This document shows positions 12,540-23,900 of a stretch of 64,000 bases of DNA, piece after piece. The stretch is from Stegostoma tigrinum (lineage: Eukaryota), in the NCBI RefSeq assembly GCF_030684315.1, contig NC_081360.1, positions 77,799,780 through 77,863,779 on the forward strand, read 5' to 3'. A model generated the notes under the pieces. It was not told the origin of the DNA, made no database searches, and worked only from the letters and a program-made list of their open reading frames with translations. A program made the translations under genes and the position numbers. Each line of letters opens with the position of its first letter. Positions within the stretch are counted from its first letter, which is position 1.

Positions 12540-14420
12540 ACTTGGGCTTTCAGAAAACTTTTCATTAGGTACCACATAAGTGTGCAAAATTAAAACGCAT
12601 AGGATTGGAGGTCATGCTTGAAATGGCTTGAGAATTGGTTTTCAGTCATGAAACAGAGTGGGAATAGATGGGTCTTTTTCAGAGTATCAATGGCTAGTGG
12701 GATAGCCCAGTGCTGAAGCTACATGTTATATCTCCGAGTCTGTAGATGACACAAAATTGGGTAGAATGGTGAGCTGTGAAGAGGATGCAGAGATGATTTC
12801 GTATGATTTGGACAAGCTAGGTTGACAAAGACATGGCAGATGCAGTACGATATGGACAAATGTAAAGTTGTTCACTTTGACAGCAAAAACAGGCAAACAG
12901 ATTGGTAATAAGACCATAAGACCATAAGGCATAGGAGTGGAAGTAAGGCCATTCGGCCTATCAGGTCCACTCCTCCATTTAAATCATGGCTGATGGGCAT
13001 TTCAACTCCACTTCCCTGCACTCTCCCCGTAGCCCTTGATTCCTTTTGAGATCAAGAATGTGTCGATCTCTGCCTTGAAGGCATCCAACGCCCTGGCCTC
13101 CACTGCACTCCATGGCAATGAATTCCACAAGCCCACCACTCTCTGGCTGAAGAAATGTCATCTCATTTCAGTTTTAAATTTACCCCTCTAATTTTAAGGC
13201 TGTGCCCACGGGTCCTAGTCTCCCCGCCTAACGGAAACAATAACCTAGCGTCCACCTTCTAAACCATACATTATCTTGTAAGTTTCTATTAGATCTCCCC
13301 TCAACCTTCTAAACTCTAATGAGTACAATCCCAGGATCCTCAGCCGTTCATCGTACGGTAAACCTACCATTCCAGGGATCATCCGTGTGAATCTCCGCTG
13401 GACATGCTCTAGGGCTAGTATGTCCTTCCTGAGATGTGGGGCCCAAAATTGGACCCAGTATTCTAAATGGGGCCTAACTAGAGCCTTATAAAGCCTCAGA
13501 AGCACATCGCCGCTTTTATATTCCAACCCTCTTGAGATAAACGACAACATTACATTCGCTTTCTTAATTACGGACTCTCCGTGCAAGTTAACCTTTAGAG
13601 AATCCCGGACCAACACTCCCAGATCCCTTTGTACTTCTGCTTTGTGAATTTTCTCACCATTTAGAAAATAGTCCGTGCCTGTATTCTTTTTTGATAGATT
13701 GGGAAAGGGCAAGGCTCAACAAGATCAGGGGTTTCTCAATCATTGAAAGTAATGATGCAGGTGCAGCAGGCTGTGAAAGTGGCAAATAGTATGTTGGCCT
13801 TCATAGTAAGAGGATTTGACTACAAGAGCAAAGGTGCCTTGCTGAACCTGTACAGGGCATTGGTGAGACCCCACTGGAGTATTAGGTGCAGTTTTGATCT
13901 GCTTATCTGAGAAAGGATGTTAGGTGGCACAAAATAACAATTGAGAGAGTGGAAAGGAGGTTAAACTGACTGGTTTCTGGGATGGCGGGGCCGAAGTACA
14001 GGAAAAGACTGGATTGTTTAGGACTATATTCACTGGAGTTTAGAAGAATGAGTCGAAATCTCATAGACAATTAAAAACCAGATGAAACAGGATAAATACA
14101 AGAAAGGATGTTTTCAATGAGCAGGGAGTCCAAAACAAGGGGTCACTATCTAAAAATAAGAAGTATCCCTTTCTGGGCAGAGATGAAATGGAATTTCTTC
14201 AAACAGAGTGATGAGTCATTGGAGTTCTTTGCCAAAGAAAATTATTCAAACAAAAACATTGAAAACTTTCGAGAAAGGTGCAGATGTAGTTTTTTAGGAC
14301 TAAAGGAATCAAAGGGTAGGGGGAAACAGGGTACAGAATTGAATGATCAGCCATGATCATATTGAATGCAAGAGCAGGCTCAAAGGGCTGAATAGTCCAC
14401 TCTTGCTCCTATATGTTTTG
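12540..14420 (+). mobile_element. Older CR1 fragment, split by the inverted CR1 at 12906-13692
   Basis: gatgacacaaaattgg (DDTKL) and gtgagaccccactggagta (VRPHLE-like), with a CR1 3' UTR at about 14340-14420. Confidence 0.8.
12906..13692 (-). mobile_element. Younger 5'-truncated CR1 nested in an older CR1
   Basis: ORF 13245-13712 reads LYKALVRPHLEY..QFWAP. Tail (cttatggt)n. Confidence 0.92.
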
Positions 14421-14779
14421 TTCCTAATGATCAAGATATGAATCCCACATGTGGGGAATCAAAATTAAGCAGGGCCAGTTGAAATTCATGCTGAGTTCAA
14501 ACACTTTTTTTTTGCTTTTCTTAATCAGCAGTGTGGGTGCCGCCAATTGATTGAGGAGACATTAACGTGCATTGGCTGAAAGTGTCAGTGCCAAGGAATG
14601 CCTTAGGTAGCCTTCCACTCTGATAATGTCATCTAGGCATAGTAGGATAACAGTGTACGATCTCAATCAAGATTCTGGGTTTTAGAATTTGAATTTCTAC
14701 TAATGCCTACCTTATTGATGAAACTTGTGCATGGTTGTTGCATTGCAAACAACTATGTCCTATGAGTGAGACTGTTGAA

Positions 14780-15295
14780 TGGAGATGTGCGTGGAAAGTT
14801 TTTTAAACATAGAGGGTTAAAGGTGCCTAGAACGCACTGCCAGGGAGAAAGTGGAAGCCCATGCAATAGCAATTTTTAAGACACATTTAGACAAACACAT
14901 GTACAGCAGGGAATTAGAGTTTTTAGATTCCCTACAGTGTGGAAACAGGCCCTTCGGCCCAACAAGTCCACACCGCCCTTTGAAACATCCCACCCAGACC
15001 CATCCCCCTATAACCCACACACCCCTGAACACTACGGGCAATTTAGCATGGCCAATCCACCTAGTCTGCACATCTTTGGACTGTGGGAGGAAACCCACAC
15101 AGGCACAGGGAGAATGTGCAAACTCCACACAGGCCCGAGGCTGGAATCGAACCCGGGTCTGTCAGACCGCAGTGCTAACCACTGAGCCAACAAATCATGT
15201 ATTGGCAGATGTAATTAGTTTAGTGTGGCAAGATGGCTGGGACAGAGAAGGTGGACCAAATGGCATGTTACTGTGCGTACTTTTCTATGTTCGAT
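14780..15295 (+). mobile_element. CR1 3' end fragment hosting a SINE
   Basis: IFKTHLDKHM in ORF 14851 and a ttctatgttc tail. Confidence 0.65.
14919..15189 (-). mobile_element. HE1/V-SINE-type SINE
   Basis: Minus strand reads tggctcagtggttagcactgc..gggttcgattcc..tgtgtggagtttgcacattctcc..gggccgaagggcctgtttccacactgtaggga. Confidence 0.9.
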
Positions 15296-15934
15296 ATGCG
15301 TAGTAGTTGTTATTGGTGGCTAAGAGTTGACGTGACTGTACTATTGGTGTATCAGAAAGCTTAAGGTGGGTGCCTAAGTGTGGGTGCTGGATGAGGGCAA
15401 AGGGGCTGAATGACCTTTCATAAAATTTGGACAAATTTTCAGAAACTGAGGTGTTCCTTCTACGCAGTACACCTCGGCATTCACCTCTCACCACGTCTGT
15501 CACCAAACTGCTTCTCAAGTTGGAGATTCCTCAACTCAAGATTCCGACATCCATGTTTAAAATCTGGTCAATGGCATTGGTGTACTTTCAAAAAAAAAAT
15601 TCTGATATTTTCCAGTTCAATAAACTCTTGTGGTTTACAATCACAGTGGTTGTTCTTATAGCTAAGCCTTTTATCAATGTTTCTTCTCAGGTTCAGTGGC
15701 TTCAGAATTATTTACCACAGAAAGAGCCCGAATGCACAATATGGTTGACAGTTTTCAGTTGTCATTAAAAAATTATCTGTTAATAGTGTAGGGAACATGT
15801 TTACCACTTGAAAGGACAAGCATTTTTTGAAACAGATTTTATGAAGAGATTTTTATTTTCAATTTGAAGCAAATTTGAATGACATCAATTTTTAGATTGT
15901 TAAAGCATGATTTTTTTCAACTTCCATTTCAAAT

Positions 15935-16450
15935 AAGTTGTAAAGAAGATCGACAGAAGATACAAAGGGATACAAATAAGCGAGTAGGCAAGGATCCAAC
16001 AAATGGTGTAAAACATGGGAAATATGAAATTGCCCACCTTAGCAGCCAAAGTAATGAGGACAGTTTAGACAAGCTTGAACTGTATTGGTTGGAGCTTGAG
16101 CAACTAAGACACAACTTGATTGAAACATAAAAGATCTGAGGTGTCTTGACAGGGTGCTTGTGGAAAGAATGTTTCCTCTTGTTTGAGAATCTGGAGACAG
16201 TAGTCACTGTTTGAATAGCAGAATAACCAATTTTGAAAAGAAATGAGGCATTTTTCTTTTCTTTCAAAAAGCAGTGGAGGCAGAGCCCTTTAATATTCTT
16301 AAGGCTGAGGTGGATTGATTAATAATAAGTGCATGGTTGAAAGATTATTCATTGTAGTAAGGAAAGCAGAGTAATGAGATCAGTCAGGATCTTGCTGAAC
16401 ATTGGAACAGATTCAGAGTGCTGAATGGTCTACTCCTCTAAAATTTGTAA
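15935..16450 (+). mobile_element. Internally deleted old CR1 3' fragment
   Basis: LDKLELY.LE..LR..LIET in ORF 15879 and a CR1-like 3' UTR. Confidence 0.65.
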
Positions 16451-16731
16451 ATTCATAATTCTACCCAATTGCTACCCAATTACAGAACTTGTTCCTTCTC
16501 TACCCACCTTCTCTGCAATCTCTCAGGAACAAAACCATGATGGGAATGTGATTGACAGATGGGTTTAGGTTTCATAATCAAGAATGGACCCAATCTGTGT
16601 TTCTCAAGCCCAAATTGAAAATCCATACCTGTACATATATCCAAAACTATTATTATTCCTGAACATGGGGAGAGGCAGAATTTGGCCACACTGAAAACAG
16701 CAAGCAATAAAGTGAATTGGGATTTTTTTTT

Positions 16732-17278
16732 GCTCTATAAAACTTTGGTTAGACCGCACTTGGAATACTGCGTCCAGTTCTGGGCGCCCTATTATAGGAA
16801 AGATGTGGATGCTTTGGAGAGGGTTCAGAGGAGGTTTACCAGGATGCTGCCTGGACTGGAGGGCTTATCTTATGAAGAGAGGTTGACTGAGCTCGGTCTC
16901 TTTTCATTGGAGAAAAGGAGGAGGAGAGGGGACCTAATTGAGGTATACAAGATAATGAGAGGCATAGATAGAGTCGATAGCCAGAGACTATTTCCCAGGG
17001 CAGAAATGGCTAGCACGAGGGGTCATAGTTTTAAGCTGGTTGGTGGAAAGTATAGAGGGGATGTCAGAGGCAGGTTCTTTACGCAGAGAGTTGTGAGAGC
17101 ATGGAATGCGTTGCCAGCAGCAGTTGTGGAAGCAAGGTCATTGGGGTCATTTAAGAGACTGCTGGACATGCATATGGTCACAGAAATTTGAGGGTGCATC
17201 CATGAGGATCAATGGTCGGCACAACATTGTGGGCTGAAGGGCCTGTCTGTGCTGTACTGTTCTATGTTCTATGTTCTA
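16732..17278 (+). mobile_element. Young 5'-truncated CR1 (HER1-like), copy A
   Basis: Open ORF2 C-terminus LYKTLVRPHLEYCVQFWAP...; (ttctatg)n tail. Near-identical to 43263-44159 and 60470-61484. Confidence 0.95.
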
Positions 17279-18484
17279 ATCCTAGACTTGGATGCATCGC
17301 GATAAACATTTCCGCTTATTAAAAGAATGTCTGATCAAACTATAATGGCCTGATATATAGTATATGATACAATAATACATGAGTCTGTAGCATAGCTATG
17401 CTGAGGTTAATATTTAGTTGCCTATAAATTGTTGTTTAATTTCAAAACTAAGTTCTGAAAAGATACAGCTGCTTCTGTCTTCAGTTGATTTCTACATTGG
17501 AACTGTAAAATTCCGCTATTCATTTGTGCAAACGCACAATACTGTATTCAAAAATATCCTAGGTTCCTTAAAAAAAACAGAAGATTTAATTTTCAGAAAA
17601 GTGCACAGTTGAACATTTGAAACTGATAATATAAAGAGTGCTAACGTATTGATTTGTTTTTTTTTCCCCTGCAATTATATACTTTAATTAAAATGATCGA
17701 GAATGATTACTTAAACACTGTTATTGTCACTTCTACAAAATCAGGGCACATTCATTAGGAAGCTAATTTTTCTTGATGAAATGGAGCTTTGCTAATTACT
17801 CTCATTTTTGAAGGAAAATTAAGAGTGTGAGTTTTAGCAGAAAAGTCTAATTTGAAAGGTAAAGGAAAAACAGTGGAGAAAGCATGTTGAGTAATAACTG
17901 AACATTTCATGCATACCAATGAGTTACACCTGTAAAAGATTTATGGCCCCATATTCTCCCTCCCAAGGGAAAGCTTCTAGGTATAGCAACAGAATTGCAC
18001 AATTGAATCTTGCTAAATTACCATATAACATGATGCTGAAATTAAGAAAAAAAATGCAGTAATTTGCTTTGAAGAATTTGATTGAATCTCGAATTATTTC
18101 AAATGAAGCTATTTAACTTGTTATTTTTATGTTATTTGTCAAATTTCAATCTTGTTAAGCATTAAAATGGCCTTTGGAAAAAAAACAAATGAATCTTATA
18201 CATTGCTGATAATCTGACGCAGACTGCAAACAGAGAACAATTTTCTGACTAGAATATTACCAAAAAGAAAGACTGGATGTTGAAACCCCCTCTACACATT
18301 TTTCAAGATAAAACAAGTATTCCAAACGCCATGATAACAATAAAGTACACTGCAGGAGAAAACAATGGTAATGGGTTGCTACATCAATGTTGCTTGTCCA
18401 AATTACGCTCTCATGGTTTGAAATTTGGAATAATGGCACGCGCCCTGATGATTTAATAAAAACAAAGCATCCATGGGCTGAGGA

Positions 18485-18705
18485 CATCACTATGCCAGCA
18501 TTTATTGCCCATTCCTAATTTCCCAGAGTGCAGTTAAGAGTCAACCTTATTGCTGTGGGTAGGCCAGATCTGGTGAGGATGGCAGTTTCCTTCCTGAAAG
18601 GACATTAGTGAACTAGATGCAATGGTGGGCTTCGAACCCAGGTCCCCAGGGCATTACTAGGATCTCTGGATTAACAGTCCAGTGATACCACTAGACCTTC
18701 ACCTC
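18485..18705 (-). mobile_element. SINE, same family as 42325-42610
   Basis: ccagcatttattgcccattcctaatt...gagtcaacc..attgctgtggg..ggacattagtgaac..ttcgaaccc. Confidence 0.75.
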
Positions 18706-18779
18706 CTCTGGACTGATAACAGGATAAAAAGACAAAAGAGTTGAGCAAAATATCTCTCCTTTCAGCAATCATCATTGAT

Positions 18780-19500
18780 TTTCTCATGGAATTGAGGATG
18801 ATATCTACCAGATTAAATGAATATTCAACTGATGGAGGAATCTAGTTTGGATCCACAAGGTTTTTCCCACAGTAGAGGTGCAATGTTGCATGGGGAACTG
18901 AATTTGCAGCTCTGTTTTGGCTTCCTTCTCCTTTCTCTGTTGCTGCCATTCTGCCATAAGTGATGAGTCACTGAGTCTCAAAATAGCTACTGGCTTGATG
19001 GATCAGTACTATGCCAAGTGGATGGCAGCTTTCTTATGCATGTGAGTGGTATTGCAATCTCTATGCTTTAAGGCAATCAGCATACCCTTATACATAACCA
19101 AAAAGAAAGGTATGAGGGAGTTTTTGGGCATCCAAACAGGGTGACCTATCCATCAGAGTTGGTTCTTCAGGAACATTGTTTCGATGTTGACACAAAGTCT
19201 CATGGAGAATGCTTACAATAGTGTGGTGGTCTTCCCATTTGATCTCCAGGATTCAATATAAGCACCACTCGTAGAAACTCTCAAGGATCTTAATGACAGG
19301 TCAGTTGACAGTCCAGGTTTGGCTGCTGTAGAGGAGAAGGGTGAATACAACAACATTATACACCAAGATTTCTGGTGACTCCCAGATGTCCCTATTATCA
19401 AAAAAATTAATGCAGCTTTAAGAAATTCGCACTGGCAAAGCTGACTTGGCGCTGAACTTCTACTTCCATGTTTGAGATGGCTGTGAAACTCGTACTTCCA
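18780..19500 (-). mobile_element. Degenerate RTE-type LINE 3' fragment
   Basis: An alternative frame around 19213-19401 resembles LLYSSQTWTV...RILEIKWEDH, typical of the RTE C-terminus. Confidence 0.55.
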
Positions 19501-19639
19501 TGGTAGAGATGGCTATGAAAATATAGGAAGTGCTGAACATGTTAAAATACCTTTGTGGCTTGAATTTGTTCTTCACTCAGAAAACTATGTCTATCACAAT
19601 CATATTTTGAATCATGTCCAATCTGTCTGTTAAGGCCAC

Positions 19640-20320
19640 CTTGATTTGATTTACTATTATTATATCTACCTTAAGAACAATGGCAAGTTTTGTTTTGTGT
19701 GTTGTGCAGGTAGACCATAACATACAAAAATTATAGGGAGATTGAACAGAGAAAGAGGAATACAAAGTTACCACTGCAAAGAAAGTGCACAAAAAGCACA
19801 ATTGACATTAGATTTGAAATTTGAGAGGTCCATTCAGACGTCTAATAACAGTGGGGAAGAAGCTGTTCTTGAACCTGTTTAAGATTTTGTATCTTGTGCC
19901 TAATGGAAGAGGTTGGAAGAAATTATAACCAGAGTATTAAAAGACTTTGATGATGTTAGCTGCCTTTCTGAGGCATTGAGAAATGTAGTTGCAATCAATG
20001 GATGGAAGGTTGGCTTAATAGAACAATATAGCACAGAACAGGCCCTTCGGCCCTCGATGTCGTGCCAAACTGTGAACTAATCTAAGCCCCTCCCCCTATC
20101 CTATCCTATCATCATCCATATGTGATGGCCTGGGCTGTGTCACCACTTTCTATAGATTCTTACAGTCCTCGGCAGAGCAGTTGCTGTGCCAAGCCATGAT
20201 GAATCCAGGTAAAATGTTTGCTATGGTGCATCTATAAAAGTTGGTGAGTGTCCTTATGAACATGCCGAATTTCCTTAGCCTCCTGAGGAAGAAGAGGCAT
20301 TGCTGTTGATCGTTGCATCA
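19640..20320 (-). mobile_element. Rex1/Babar-like LINE 3' fragment
   Basis: Minus strand at 20262-20302 reads QCLFFLRRLRKFGM. It is interrupted by a ~105-bp CR1 tail at 20017-20122. Confidence 0.6.
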
Positions 20321-20339
20321 ATGTGGTGCTATTCTTGGG

Positions 20340-20930
20340 ATTTGTCTTTATCAATCATGTCACAGAATCCAAAATTGAGGAAACTTTGGGAATTCTGTAA
20401 AATCCTGGTTAGATCATGGCATGTAGTTCTGAACATTACATTGTGCAAAGGATGTGGCTTCACTTGAGACAGTGCAGAATTTATTTACCAGGATGTTGGT
20501 TGAGCTCAAGGGTTTGAACTATGAGGAATGATAAGACTGGATCTGTTTTCTTTGGAGCAGCGAAAGTTGAGGGGGGACATCACAGAAGTCTAATGGATTG
20601 TGACAGGCAAAGACAGGTGGTAGGAAGAAACTTTCTTTTCCCATTAATAGAGGAATCAAAATCCAGCGGAACTGGAATTAAGAGGTACAACAATAAGAAG
20701 GGAGTTGAGGAAAATTATTTTCACTCAGAGAGTGGTGGGAATCTGTAACTCATTATATGAAAGAGTGGTTGACTCAGAAAATCTCATAAAACTCAAGCAA
20801 TATTTGGATAATTCACTTGTATTGCTGTAGCCTTCAGGGCTAAGGGCCAAAGGAAAATAGAATCAGTGTAGACAGATCATTGTTGACCAGTGTAGACTAA
20901 TTGGCTAATTGGCCCCCTTCTGTGATGTAA
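20340..20930 (+). mobile_element. Old CR1 3' fragment
   Basis: tttaccaggatgttg (FTRML) and ttcactcagagagtggt (FTQRV). Confidence 0.7.
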
Positions 20931-23900
20931 ATGTTTAAGTCTTGGAACTGAAGAAAGGATATCATCAAGATTTGCATCAAAGCGCTTCTTGATTTCATGG
21001 TCAGAACCTGAAGTCAGGGCATAGGCACTGATAAGACTGATGTGTTGGTTACAGCTGAGATATAGGCATAGAGCCTTCTACTTCTCATTGGTAGCCAAAA
21101 CAAACTTAAAGCTGGATAGTAATTCTGATCTGCTTTTCTAGAAGAAGGTGCACCCTTAATTAGCCTCCTCAGCGACCCCATCAGTGAGCAAGGTTTTGTT
21201 AAGGGCATTGTTGTTGATGCCGTGAATCACTAGCTCCTTGGCCATGAAAGTGGTTAATCTCTCTGGGTGAACACAATTTGGATTGTCAACAAGTTTTCTC
21301 ACATTCCAGTTTCTGAAGTTTTGCTTTTTCTTGTTTCAACTGTGGGATTGGTATCCACTTGAGTTAGGTTTCCAAGCCAGGAGAGATGCGTGACAGCTGG
21401 TTTCCAGACACCTTTTCTAGCCTCCTTCCCATTCAGGCTGTTCAGAAGGTATCCTGAAGAGGGATGCTGAGTTATGGATGCAACAGCTGAAATATGCCCC
21501 TGTTTGATTAAGTGATACATTGGCCACCTTAACACAAAATCTTGGCAAGAGGCTTCCAGGTATCACAGTGTGGCTCCTGTTGAAAATTCTCCATCACCAC
21601 AGCCCATTGCCTAATGGAAGTCTGCAAGTGACTTTGGTTCACATGGGCACTCCAGCAGGCAAGCAGGTTCCTCACAATTCTGGAAGGTAGTGGCAAAGCT
21701 CACTGGCATAGCAAGCCACAGTGATGGGGTCACTTCTGTGCTGCAAGCATCTTCCTCCTTCATAGTCATCAGGGCCATAGCCCTCCTTTGTCTGCTCCTC
21801 TCTTGGGGAAGCCTTGGATTGTTCTGGAACTTCCTGCTTAACCTTACTGCCATGGGAGGCCCTATCAAGAGCTAGAGCCCTGAATGGAATCATTCTCATG
21901 GTCATTGGAACACTCAGGCATCTCCACCACAGCAAGGTGAAAACCCTTGGAGAAACAATCCTCAAGTTCTGTATGAGCAAGCGACTTTCTAATTAGCCGG
22001 TAAATAACTATCCGAAACTGAAGGTTTTATTTAACACAAAAGACAAAGAGCTATGAATCATGAAGCTCCAACACATTTACTGAAACAGTAATTACCACTT
22101 TTACACACTTGAAATTAAGGTTCAATATGATTTGTAAAACTTGTGCCAGGAAACATTTTCGCCAAGTTTTACAGCAATGCACCCAGACCTTTGTGCATAT
22201 GGATCGGCCAGTATATGAAATTGCATTAATTAAGAAAATAATTAGTATGATTATGGTAATCAGACAAATGATACTGTAGAACACACACCTAAATGTGTGG
22301 GTTTCAGATAAACACTTTAAGCCTGTTCTGTCATGCATAATTTATGGAGGTAAGATAATAACGTGTAGTTAAATTTGTTTAAACAAACTGTTAGCAGCGG
22401 TGTTCACTGCATGATCACTGACTGAAATGGAGTTTATGAGCAATTTGTTGCAATTAACTAGAAACAGTCAGAAAGAATGTTGTATTGTCCAATTATTATA
22501 ATATGCAATCAAATTGCTGCCCATCTAAACCAACTGGGTTAAAGACAGGATGAAAATATGAGGAGATTGAAGACATCAGTAACTGAAAATGAAGCTATAT
22601 CCACCCTTTTAGAATTAGTATGCAGAAGACTGGGAAAAAAACTTTCTCACACTTCTTGTAAATAGCACGCACAAATTAATTTCTAAAAATATAATTCAGT
22701 TTAATTCATGTTTACACGAATGTGGAACTAGAAATATGGAAAGACAGTTCTGGTCTGAAGGTGTTAAGATGAGCAAGCTGCTCGAGAAAATATTATTTTC
22801 AGTGCAGACTGTGTAAATATACACGCAATGTGTGCTAATAAGCTGAACTCATCACTGTCAATTTATTTAGCTTTGAAAATTGTGCAGGACACAGACTGTA
22901 TTACGATTGGACTTTTTGACTCAACAAACAGGCAATTGTAATAATTCTTTTGAAAGTTAGAAAAAATTTTATGACACTAAATTGTGTCAGAATATATTGG
23001 TGAAAAATAAATGTTTGATTGAAATAAAATGAAAACATCAAAAGGATGATTCCTTAAAACTTTTAACTGTGATTTTTCAAGATAGAGATCCACTGTAATG
23101 AAGTGAATGTGCACATGCACACTGAATGATACTTAACACAGTGAATTAAAATTTGGAACTCAAGTTACACACAGCAAATTACTTTATTTGACCTTGCAGA
23201 AACACATCTGTTTTTAGGCAGTTGGTAATGTATGTCCAGTGTGTACCTGGATCTCCAACAAATTTCTCTGAGTAGGTAGAAGTAATATACATCCTTAATT
23301 AACGTGGTCAAATGAGGTGAAAAATAACGATGTCAAAACAAACAGTTTTAAAACATATTTGAGGAGTAATGGAGCCTTTGAATCACCTAAAGAAATGTAT
23401 GTTGCAAGATGTGAGAAACACATAGGAAAAGTAGATTGAAAATTACAGGAAGGAGGGTTCAAAGACATTGGTCAAAATGTTTGCAGAAGTAGCCCAGCAA
23501 CTATGAAGTGATCCATACACTGGTTCTTCTCATGATCTGTAGTATGTCCTATTTGTACCACCAGATGTTTAGCGGGTCTCCAGTTCCCTCAGTTTTGCCA
23601 GTAATAGTGACCAAGTGCTGCAAGAAGCAGTTTAGAAGTCTAAAGTTAAACCTAAAGAGACTGGAATGGGGAAGCCAGCAATGATGGTGATTGTCATTTG
23701 AATTAAGCCCCCTTTAGACCTAGGATACCCTTAAATGGAGAAACCCTACCTCCATTGCAATTGCCATGTGCTGTGAACAGCTTCTGCCGCTGGTGATGTA
23801 CGAGCAGCAATGGGTCAAAGATTGTAAATGGTAGCCAGGCCACATAACGCCTGCTTTGCTAGTGGCAAAATACTAGCACAGGTGAATAGGTGACAGCCAC

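Noticed and set aside
12899-13702. Apparent 7-bp TSD agattgg around the nested CR1
   Set aside because: The host CR1 sequence naturally has agatt twice here and seems to have lost intervening bases, so this is not a reliable TSD.
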